64,000 nt of DNA, taken from contig NC_087442.1 of NCBI RefSeq assembly GCF_036321535.1, forward strand, positions 71,920,001-71,984,000, in the 5' to 3' direction. Source of the stretch: Camelus dromedarius (Eukaryota). Positions 52,930 through 64,000 of this stretch are shown here, in pieces. Below the pieces are notes generated by a model that worked only from the letters and a program-made list of their open reading frames with translations, made no database searches and was not told the DNA's origin. The first letter of the stretch is position 1. Every line of letters begins with the position of its first letter. A program made the position numbers and the translations under genes.

Positions 52930-53990
52930 ACAAGATGATGAAAAGGAATACAAATAGTACACACCCACAACAATATGAACAATAGGAGAGGGGGCTTCAG
53001 CAGATGAGAGTTTACAACAAAGATACAGAAGAGGGAAGGCAGAGCAAACGGTGTTAGCTGATAAAGCCAAGGAAGAAAACTCCACCTAAAACATTCTAAG
53101 TGGGAGCTGCCACTAGAGAAAGCCCATCAAGCAAAGTGGAGCTCCAGAGAATCCTGGAACTCAAAGAGCACAGGTCAAAGAAGATCAAGATGGCTAGGGC
53201 ATGAGAAGTGTGAACTAAGTGGAGTCTACAAGGAAGCCCCTTTCATCCAGTAATACCTCAATACATTATCTACCATCACATGTTTAGGTCTAAATAAAAA
53301 TTACCAGGAATCTCTTTTTAAAAAATGTCTGGGAAGAACCACTTATGTGAAAGTTAGCAGCCCAGGGCTGAAATCCCTGCTTCTGATGTTCAGTGACACA
53401 CCATCAGAACTGCTGGTTCTGCACCATTCCCTCCCAAGTGAAGTTGTTCGTAACCCCCAGCTACCTTCCAGAGGTCCCAGTCACACTGTTCACTGTTAAA
53501 TATGGCCAACCACCAAGGGTTATATGACTTTTGAAAAAAAGCTTTGATATGGAAGAGAAGACAGACAGGAAAAACAATCTTGGAGGAAAACAATTTAAAA
53601 ATAAAATTTCGTATCTGATAATATCCTCCTATGTGTGAAGATATTATACTTAGAAAATACAAATAAAAATCTATGGCAAATAGGGTAATAGTGAGATTTT
53701 GTAACTTAAATATATACTTGGAGAAATTTTTTTAAAAGACAGGTACAATAGTGAAGAAAATCTTTCAGAACATAGAATAAAAATGCAAAAAGAAAAAAAA
53801 AAAACAAGCAGCAGCAGAGAACCAATCCAACAAGTCAAGTAACAAATTAGTGAAAATTAAAAAAAGTTAAAATCGAAATAAGGGAAGAAATTACCAAAGA
53901 AATAATTCAAGAAAAACTTCCAGTACTAAAGAGAGCCATGGGTCTTCAGTAAGAAAGGCTCCACAAGTGCTGAACCAATACCCAATCTCG
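52930..53990 (+). mobile_element. Very old L1/HAL1-like 5' / ORF1 remnant
   Basis: A-rich strand with aaagaaataattcaagaaaaacttccagtactaaag...gggtcttcagtaagaaaggctccacaagtgctg, resembling the ORF1 ENFP..K..LQIERAH segment. Confidence 0.45.
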
Positions 53991-56900
53991 GTAAGCAATT
54001 TAGAAATTTTATAATATAAGGAACCAAGTTTTCACTGCATGTCTCTTCCTTGTTTTTTGATAGTACTTTCTTCAACTTTGTACATTTTCTTAAAAACTGC
54101 TTCTGTACTATGAGTCAGAGTTCCTCTTATGAGCTTATATGCCAGATTCTGATCTCTTTCATGTGAGAACTTTGGCCTAGGATGTGTCCCTGGCCTCCCC
54201 TGAGGTCATATTCCCAACTTCTCATACTTCAGATAGTCACTCCAGCCTACATCCCATCTACTGGGCACTGACATCTGCATATAACCTATTAATTCATTTC
54301 CCTCCTTTCTCCACTTATGATTTTTAATCTCTTCTTATGACTTTTTCCAAGATAGCCTTAGATCATCTACTGTGTGGAAAGAGGAAATACTTGTGTTTCT
54401 GGAGGACTGGGGCATTTTGAATGAATTTTGCTAAAACTTGGGATCCTTAGCCAAGAATGAGACCTGGGAAGTTACTTGACAACTGTATAGATGCTGAGAG
54501 AATTCCAGAGATACTGATGTAACTCCAGGGGTACATATTTATACTTCAAGGGAAATATGAGGCCTGGAACCTTGGAGACATCTTTAATTATAAAATCCAG
54601 AGACACTGGATCGTATCTGGCCCTTGGAGAGATATTTGCATTCCAAAAGGTTAGAGTCAGAACACAGGATCCTCTTCATCCATCTCCAAGAAGCTTTTTT
54701 TTTTTTTTTCCTCCTTTTGGGAGGGTAGGAGGAGGCAGTTGTCTCTTTCTCCTGTACGTAAACAGAGAAAACCTATTTCTTCTGTTTCTCTCCTATGATA
54801 CAAATTTTGAAATTTGCATTTATAGGACACTATACCTAATTTTCACCTCATTGCCCATGGATAAAAATTAGAGTGTGGAGAATTACACAATCATTATTTG
54901 GCTTTTAAGTGAATAACAATAACCTATCTTTGATCCAGAAACCTTCATGTGCACATTTAGAATTCAATTAATAAAAATGACTATTTAAAAACCCAATACT
55001 TACACCCTGCCCTAACTCAGCCATCCTAACAGTTTCAGAGATCAAAAATCAAAACTTTCAAATGTTAGCTTTTGAAGGAAAGAAATAGGTACCACTTTTC
55101 TATTTGCAATCTATGATGATAGCATAAGACATTTCATAAAAATGTGAGATGAAGCAAAGTAACACTTTTTTTTCTCACTCAACAAAAGACAATGTTAACC
55201 TGTTTGGGGGTATTCTTTTTTTTAATAAATCGCATTGAATTGAACATAATGGAATGGCTAAAACTAGAAAATAAAATCTCCAACTGGATTTAGGCAACAT
55301 TCAAGGCTGAAATAAGTTGAGTATTTTAAAGGTCATATTATCTCACACTTCTCTGCCTCTCTAAGAATTATCTACTATGGGAAAACAAAATAGAAATACC
55401 TTTCGTATCTTGAACCAAGACTACCTTTAGCTTTTTTATTTGGGAGGAGGGGATCACTATTTAGTCTCTGTACTTTTAAATGAAGTTTCATTGTAATTTC
55501 ATTAAAGTTTACATCCCTATTATGAATTCGTAGAGGATGGAGTCCCCCCTGCATTATTACTTTACATCAACCTTTTAATTGAACAGTAAAAGTACTGAAC
55601 TACTGATGTAATTTTGAGCTTGATATTTTTCTATTCCCTTTAATCGTGTTTGTAGATAACAAGTATTTAGAGTTGAAGAAGTCTTCACGATCATTCAACT
55701 TAGTACTGCTACAAATTTTGACAGAGGTAAGCCTGTATCAGCAAGTACCCTGAATCAGTCTTTAGTTTGGCATCCGAATACTTGTAGTTTCATTCAAACT
55801 GTCCCAAGAACCTATTTTCTCTGGGTCAATAATAATTCCTTGGTCTGTTTGTCTTTTCACCACAACCATCCTGATAATCCCATCTCTGGAGAAAATCAGA
55901 CAGCCATGCAGTGAAGCATCATTACAAATATATGCTTTTCTTTTGAATCAGTCCACAATTTGTCCAGAATTCTGTTTTTTGACTCTAAGTCACCCCAAGT
56001 CCCTTTTTCTGAATACAGTTATTCACAATCTTGAGTACTACCTGCAAATCTTTACTGTATTCTTATTACAATTATTTTCATCTAACAGTTTTATTTTTAC
56101 AAAAAAAAAAAACTTTCAAAAAACTTTCTGCTTTCAAACGTTTTATATTCAGCCATCCTTTTTTTCTGCTTTCGAATTTTAACAGGAGAGGTGCCTTCTA
56201 CTTTCCAAGGTTATCTCTTTCATTTGGGACCCTGATTCATCCTCTTTCAGTGCCTCCTCCTGACCAGGACTCGCTCCATCAGGTACAGTCTCTGTCTTTT
56301 GTAACTCCATACAATTCTCCTTTTAAGACTACAAACACTTTATGCTTTTTTTGTCCTAAATCTACCCTCGGTCCCCATCAAATCAATCTTCTATCTTTCT
56401 CTCAAACTTCTTTGGCAACTAGGAACTTTCCCACAGTGTTAAATGCATTATAATCTGTCTTTGTCTGAAAAGACAAGGTCGATAGTAACATCCTAATTGC
56501 CCTAATAATGGATAAACTTCTGTTTAATCCTCTTTGGCATTTAATGTTTTAGAACAGTCCATTCTTTTTTTAATTTTTAAATGGAAAGTTAAGTCTGTTT
56601 ACAGTGTTGTGTTAGGCCAGCCAACGCTTGAAATATTTTTTTACTCATGACTACCAAAGGAATGTTTTCCTTCTGGTAAGCATGCTGCCCATATGACTTC
56701 TAGCTTTTTCCAAGTATCCTTCACATATTAATTTTCTGGTCCGCCTCCTGTTTTCCTTGAACAATCTCAAACTCAGCTCTTACAGCTTCTGTGAATCATT
56801 ATTCCCCCATTTTTTTTTTTTTAAATCTCCATCTCTCTTCTCTACTTGACTCACATTTCAGTAGCAACAGAGTAATTTCTATTCAGGAACTTACCCTTGT

Positions 56901-57370
56901 TAGAGACTTACTTTCCATAAGATGTCAGTTTTATGACATACATAAATGTTTACTGCAACGTATGACTGCACTTAACTGGCAACCTGAAAAGTACCAGCAC
57001 CCTAAGTACTAGCCAGGGAGGAAAAAAAAATACACCACTATTTCATATTTTTCAGCGTTAAATAGAAAATATTTGCTCAGTTGAACAAAACAATATTTAT
57101 GGAGTATTGCCCAAGGGAAATCTAGTATTTCTATAAATACTAAAAAAAAAAAAAAAAAAGTATCCTTAGATTAAATTGGACCATTAATGATTCTGATAGT
57201 CATGAATTACTTATTACTGACCCTCTTCCCAAAATTACTTTTAGGGAACTCTCTTTTGACATAATAGGTTGGTCTGTATTGAAAGATAGTCTAAGAAACA
57301 GTTCTAAGACCTGTATCACAGTATCTACTAAAAAAAAGTTGAGGATAAGAAATATATGATTTTAAGAATT

Positions 57371-60300
57371 GGGACAGAGAGTGATGTCACCATCATGATG
57401 GTATGAGTCATTTCTTTTTCTCTCCCCTTTGATTTACAACTAATTGGACATCCATAACCAGAGAATTTAAAAAGGATACCTCTGCACAGCATACAGAAGG
57501 ACACCTGAGAGACCCACCCATCTGTGCATGCCAAAGTGAGTTGACAACCTCGGAGGCTACACAGTGACAGACGTGGCAGCAGCAGAGGTGCCTGCAGGTC
57601 CAGAAGAGGGCCACACAACCCTCCTGGCAGAGGTGAAAGAGTCAAGTGGGGGTTTGCCCAGATGGGAGTGCTACAGCTGGAAAGACCCATTGCTCTTTCT
57701 GAGGAGAGAACTGCAGTGACTGGGGGAGGGCGAGTAAGGAGAAGAAAGCAGACAGATCTGAAGGAAAGCATTTCCTGCTGTCTGCCCTGGGATTCTGGCA
57801 AAACCACCACCCACAAACCTCAGTGACCGCTCCCCCCACCAACTCAAGGATTCTACTACCAGGCCATGGCACACACCAACCCAGCTCTGCTGCAACCTTC
57901 CCCTTGACCCTTCCACTGGTTTGTTGTTTTGTTAAATGCACATGATTCCTAGTGCAGCAGCCTGTCAGCTGTGGTCAGAGAAACCAAAACCTTGTGCTCT
58001 AGTGCCACCTTCTGGGAAAAAGGCAGGCTCCTAATTACCAATTTGTTGAATTGTTACAATCAAAGCCTTTACCTAAATAAGGTGTTCACCATTTGAAAAA
58101 TGGCAACAGAAGCACCTTCCATCAAATACTTCGAAAAATCATTGTTATACAGTGTAACAAAAAGAAAATAACCATTTTTCAGTAAGCAAACCCAAAGACA
58201 TGGAATATCAGGTCGGTGAAGGATTCAAAATAGGTGTTATGAAGAAATTTAATCAGTAACAAGAAAACCCAAAAAGGCAATACAATAATTTTGGGAATAA
58301 AATTAACAAACAGAAGGAGTCCTTTACCAGAGACTGAAATTCTAAAACAGAACCAGACAAATTCTGTAGCTGAGGACCTCAGTAAATGAGATGATGAATG
58401 CAGTCAAAGATACTGGAAAACAAGAAGATCAGAGGGAAGAGAGAATTTGTGAGCTTGAGGGCAGGAATATAGAAATGACTCAAGTGGAAGAGAAGAGAGA
58501 ACTAAGATTTTTTTAAAAGTGAAGAAGATCCCTACAAGAACCATCAGACTGCATTAGGAAAACCAACAAAGATTAATGGGTATAACAGAAGGAAAAGAGG
58601 GAGAAGAGAGCAGAAAGTGTATTTTAAAAAAAATAGCTGAGAAGTTTCTGAACATGGAGGAAGAACTAGGTACACAAGTCCATGAAGCTGATAGAGTACC
58701 TTATTATCTCAAAAGAAAAAGACCTTCTCCCAACACATTATATTAAAAGTGTCAAAAGTCAATAAATAAGAATTATAAAGGCAGCCAGGAAAAGACTAAA
58801 TCTTACAAAGGAACTCCCATTAGGCTAATATATTTTCCAGCAGAAACTCTATAGGCCAGGATGGAGTGAAATGACATATTCAATTTAAGGAAAGATAAAA
58901 ACTACCCTTCAAGCTGAAATGAAAGGACAAAAGCACGCAAAACTCTAATTAAGGCAATAAATAGACAGTCAGAATTAGAAAACTGTAACTCTTTAGAATA
59001 GTGTATTAAACCCTTAATTATAGCATAAAGATGAAAGAAAAAGAGCACTAAATATAACTACAGCTACTACAATTTGGTAGTGAAATAACAGCATTGAAAG
59101 AGAATTGGTGACATCAAAAATTTAAAAGGGGAAGAGTAAAAGGATAAAACCTTTATAGATGAGTGAAGATGAATTGCTATCAGCAGAAAAAAGGATTATT
59201 TTATCTATGAAATGTTTTATGTAAACCTCATGGTAATCACAAAGCAAAACTCTAGAACAGACACGAAACAAAAAAAGGGGGAGGCTGAGCAAATCACCAT
59301 GGAAAATTACCCACTTACAAAGGTAGACAGAAAGAGGAGAAAGAAATAATGGAGAGACCAAATAAGCAGAAGGCAAAAGAAAAGATGGCAGTAGTAAAAC
59401 CTTAGATACCAGTAATCACCTTAATTTTAAGTGGGTTGAACTATTAGTCGAAAATTATGGAGTGACTGAATGGATTAAAAAAGAAGAACTAACTATATGC
59501 TGTCTACAGGAGCCTCATTTTCTCTCTAAGGGAACACTCTAAATGAAAGGATGGAAGATGATATTTCAAGCAAATAGAAACCAAAAGAAGGCAGGTATAT
59601 CCATTCGTATGTCAGAAAAATATAGATTTCAAGCCAAAAAGGGTGACAAAAGACAAAGAAGGTCATTTTGTAACGGTAAAGGGGTCAGTACATCAAGAAG
59701 ATAGAGTAACTGTAAATATACATGCTCCCAATACCCTAGCACCAAAATATATTAAGCAAATACTAACAGATCTTAAGGAAGAAATGGGCAACAATACAAA
59801 AATAGCCACAATCAGCAATAAATACATCATTCGGACAGAAAAATCAAACAAGGAAACATTGGAATTGAACCACACTTTAGAATAAATGGACTTAAGATGT
59901 ATACTGAACATTCAACTCAATAGCAGAATACACANNNNNNNNNNNNNNNNNNNNNNNNNNNNNNNNNNNNNNNNNNNNNNNNNNNNNNNNNNNNNNNNNN
60001 NNNNNNNNNNNNNNNNNNNNNNNNNNNNNNNNNNNNNNNNNNNNNNNNNNNNNNNNNNNNNNNNNNNNNNNNNNNNNNAAAAACTAGAAATTCACAAATA
60101 TGTGGAAATTAAACATGCTACTGAACAACCAGTAGATCAAAAAAGAAATTAAAAGAAAAATTTTAAAGTACCAAAACAAATAAAAATGGCAGTATGATAT
60201 ACAGAAATCAATTACATTCCTTTACACTAAGGATGAAACATCTGAAAAAGAATTAAAAGAACTAAAAGAATTGTNNNNNNNNNNNNNNNNNNNNNNNNNN

Positions 60301-61853
60301 NNNNNNNNNNNNNNNNNNNNNNNNNNNNNNNNNNNNNNNNNNNNNNNNNNNNNNNNNNNNNNNNNNNNNNNNNNNNNNNNNNNNNNNNNNNNNNNNNNNN
60401 NNNNNNNNNNNNNNNNNNNNNNNNNNNNNNNNNNNNNNNNNNNNNTTAAAATGGGCATACTAACCAAAGCCATCTACAGATTCAACACAATCTCCATCAA
60501 AATACCAAAGGCTTTCTTCACAGAAATACAAAAAAAATCCTTAAATTAGTGAGGAACCACAAAAGACCCCATACACCAAAGCAATCCTGAGGGGGGATAA
60601 AAAAAGGCAGAGGTATCACACTTCTGGATTTCAAACTATGTTGCAAAGCCATAGTAATAAAAACCCCACTATGGTACTGGCACAGAAGCAGACACACTGA
60701 CCCCAGAATTGAATCCTGGCATATACAGTCAACTAATATTTGACACGAGAGCCAAGAATACCCACTGGGGAAAAGACTGTCTTTTCAAAATGGCGCTAGG
60801 AAAACCGAAAAAACTCATGTGGAACAATGAAATTGGACTCCCATTTCACATTATTCACAAAAACTAACTCAAAATGGATTGAAGACTTTAGCATAAGACC
60901 TGATATGATAAAACTACTAGAAGAAAACTTAGCAAAGCTCTTGATACTGTCTTGGCAATGATTTTTTGGACATGACACCAAAAGCACAAATAAAAGCAAA
61001 ATTCAACAAATAAAACTACATCTAACTCAAAGGCTTCTGCACAGCAAAGGAAACCATCAACAATATGGAAATACAACCTACAGAATGGGAAAAAATTTGT
61101 GCAAACCATATATTGGAAAAGGAGTTAATATCCAAAATGTTTAAAGAACTCAGTCAACTTAATAACAAAAACACAGTCTGATTAAACAATGGATAGAAAA
61201 ACTAAATAGATGTTTTTCCAGAGAGGACACCAAAATGGCCAAAAGGCATATGAAAAGATGCTGAACAATAAATCATCAAGTAAAAGCAAACAAAAACCAG
61301 AGAAAAAGAAAGCAGGATTGTGCNNNNNNNNNNNNNNNNNNNNNNNNNNNNNNNNNNNNNNNNNNNNNNNNNNNNNNNNNNNNNNNNNNNNNNNNNNNNN
61401 NNNNNNNNNNNNNNNNNNNNNNNNNNNNNNNNNNNNNNNNNNNNNNNNNNNTGCAGCCATGAGAAAGGTGGATATCCTACCATTTGCAACAGCATAGGTG
61501 GATCCTGAGCACATGCTAAGCAAGATCAATTAGACAAAGCCAAGTACTAGATCATATCACTTATATGTAGAATCTAAAAAATTTAAACTTGGTTTTTTTG
61601 CAAAAGGGCAATTACAAGGGGAGGAGAAGTGGATTAAGACTTATGGTGCTTAAAGGTACAAACTTATAACAAGTAGTAAATAAGCCATAGAGATCTAATG
61701 CACAGAATAATGAATATAGATAAAATTGCAATATAATTATATAATGTGATAAATATAGCTGTATCATATAGCTACACTGTATATTAAATTAAGAGTACAC
61801 CTTAAATTTGTACAATATTACATGTCAAATTTATTCAATAAAAAATGAAAAAA
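57371..61853 (+). mobile_element. Near end-to-end but internally deleted, inactive L1 (5' UTR, ORF1, ORF2 endonuclease, ORF2 C-terminus, 3' UTR)
   Basis: 5' end gggacagagagtgatgtcaccatcatg. ORF1 remnants at ~58200-58900. EN remnant KDKEGHFVTVKGSVHQED..VNIHAPNTLAPKYIKQILTDL (59643-59885). [17 protein letters not shown] at ~60450. AATAAA at 61837. Many stops and frameshifts. Confidence 0.9.
58000..58015 (-). promoter_or_regulatory. Candidate CTCF motif within the L1 5' region
   Basis: Minus strand ccagaaggtggcacta closely matches the CTCF core CCASYAGRKGGCRSY. Motif only, no binding data. Confidence 0.45.
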
Positions 61854-62816
61854 GTGTAAAATACCTCAGTAATTTTTTGTTGAGTACAAGTTCATTTTGG
61901 ATTGAACAAAATATATTTCACAAAAGAATTGTGACAGATATCATCACAGAATTCTCAAATCCTTAGGAAAAATTGGATGTTTTTTCAAAAATCACAAATG
62001 TCCACCCTACATAATAGCTACCGAATTCACATTTTTCATTTTAATTTCTCATAAAACATATTCTCCATTCAATGTTTGATTAATGTACATAAATTAGTAT
62101 CCATCTGAAGCATTATGAATATAGTTTTAAATATTCTATCATATGAGCTTGTTAAATCACTTATGTTTATATAACAGAGGCAATGTGAAAATTCACTCAG
62201 CATATCAGTAAACAGTAGAGACCTACAACATTATATTCCACCACAATGATCCAAAGTAGAACAGGTTTCATTAGGATTCCTTTTTAATTTCATGAATGCA
62301 TTTGCATTTAGATTTGTAATGTCCTCATTAGAAGGCTGAAAAATTACTGAAAAGTTTTCAAGCAAATATGAAAAATACAGAATGTTGGAGGCAATGTTAC
62401 AGAGTAGAAAGAATACTGACATGGAAGTTGTTAAACACAGATGGAACCTAGTCTTAATTTTGCTACTGATTAGCTGGAAAAGTTGTTTCACATAAGCCTT
62501 AGAGTTTTCACTTATTTATCTGTAAAAAGATTGTTTTGAACGTAAATTAGATTCTTTCTAAGGTGCAACAAACATCTCATAATTTGGCCTAGTTTTATTA
62601 TTCTCAAGCATTGTTTAATTTACATATAATTAAACTTTGCCACCAAATCCAAATGTAATTGCTTTGGGAATTAAACCCACTTTATTAGATAATGATGCCA
62701 CTCTTGAAAGTATTAGCAAGGGCAACGAGCATGTCTTCTTTACAAAATGTATTACTGAGAGTAGAAACTACGTGATTTCCTAAAGGAAATGCAGTAGTTG
62801 CATCTTTGAGCTATCA

Positions 62817-62847
62817 GAATGAATGAATGAGTGAATGAATGAATGAG
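62817..62847. repeat. (GAAT)n simple repeat, probably an L2 tail remnant
   Basis: gaatgaatgaatgagtgaatgaatgaatgag. Confidence 0.8.
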
Positions 62848-63139
62848 ATGTCTCTTTTCTGCCTTTCTCTGGTGCTTGAATAGGAGTCATTAATACTCAT
62901 GTTTTTTCCAAGAATAACTGATGTAAGAAAGACAGAAATCTTTAGTTACTCTAGTTGGTAAATTCAGTACCAACTCTTGTCATAGTTTTTATTTAAAAAA
63001 AATTGGTATTGCGGTAGCATTAGTTAGTACATGTTAACTACAAACATTTCAGCCAACATATGAAGCAAGAAGAAAAAGTTAAAAGCAATCATAACTGCAT
63101 ACCAAGAGATTACAACCACTAGTATTTTGGTGACTTGCC

Positions 63140-63215
63140 AGGAGAGTAGTGTTGAGTAGTGGCAAAGAACACCTCCTGGAGCCAAGTTGCCTGCTGAATC
63201 CAAGCTCTATAAATG
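63140..63215 (+). mobile_element. MIR 5' fragment
   Basis: gagtagtggcaaagaacacctcctggagccaagttgcctgctgaatccaagctct. Confidence 0.5.
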
Positions 63216-64000
63216 CTACTTCAGGCTCTTTTGTAATTTAGTCTCCGCAGTGTATAATACTTATTTGTGTATTTTTACAAATTCAAAATTGTATAACTGT
63301 TATACTTCATATTTAATCCTGAGAAGCTTCCCCAAAACTATTGAAATCAGCCATTTAACTTTTTTAATTGGGGAAAATTAGCTATTATAGAATCTTTAAG
63401 AACATTTTTTCCAAAACCATAAAAGTCTATTCTATATAATAGGTACAAGTTTACATTTACTTATTTTGATATGTTATAAAGCATATTCTCCACTCAATTT
63501 CTCCAGTTAAAGGGTTTAAATATAGTGCATAGTCTTTGCAACTTATTGATGTCCCTTAACTGACTTAGTAATTCCTCTATTAAGTACTTACATTGGCTGT
63601 AGCAACTTACTATCAAATAATTTTGTAGTTAATAAAATAAACTTGCTTTAGTCCTTTATAAAATAAGATTAATAACTATTTGATATTCCATTTAATCTGG
63701 AAAGCCTTTATTGATCATATCCCTCCCTATTTATCTAAATAAAATTCTACAAAAGACACCTCAAAATTTTGAAACACTCAAACATTCACATCTTCTCATT
63801 CAAGAAATATCAAATTTCACAGTGCCATAGCTTGAGGAGAGAAGATTCATAGATTCTCACATGCATTCTTAGCATTCAAACACACACATTTTTGCAGATA
63901 TGATATTCCATTTATAATTTACTGCTTCTTTGAAATACTGGATCCAAAACCAGACAGGTAACATGGTTAATGATTCCACTCTACAATATTTAATTCTTAC

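Noticed and set aside
57328-57941. 162-aa and overlapping minus-strand ORFs
   Set aside because: Antisense to the GC-rich L1 5' UTR with no similarity I can recognise. Primate L1 ORF0 is not applicable to this old element.

Overview
This is AT-rich, repeat-rich mammalian genomic DNA with six short N gaps. It is not prokaryotic, so no operons, CRISPR arrays or rRNA are present. The only gene I can support is the 3' part of GNAT3 (alpha-gustducin, the taste and tuft-cell G-protein alpha subunit) on the + strand. Coding exons 4-8 lie at 2271-2428, 6750-6878, 16473-16602, 16794-16947 and about 18632-18822, and the start of exon 8 is hidden in an N gap. All visible exons have GT-AG junctions, consistent phases and an open frame ending ...KENLKDCGLF*. 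The remaining ~45 kb is intergenic: MIR, L2, L1, MaLR/ERV LTRs, MER5 and two tRNA-derived SINEs resembling the camelid Vic-1 family, which suggests a camelid genome. Repeat family names are recognised by eye and are approximate. Nearly all ORFs in the supplied track are spurious or decayed L1 fragments. I found no convincing new biological system. The best leads are: (1) a 257-bp intron-5 segment ~86% identical to a copy 1.28 kb downstream but framed by a perfect 35-bp direct repeat; (2) a 40-bp locally templated copy of old L2 sequence next to a hairpin/microrepeat scar; and (3) a cluster of perfect POU octamer motifs in introns 4-5, which fits the known POU2F3 dependence of gustducin-expressing cells.
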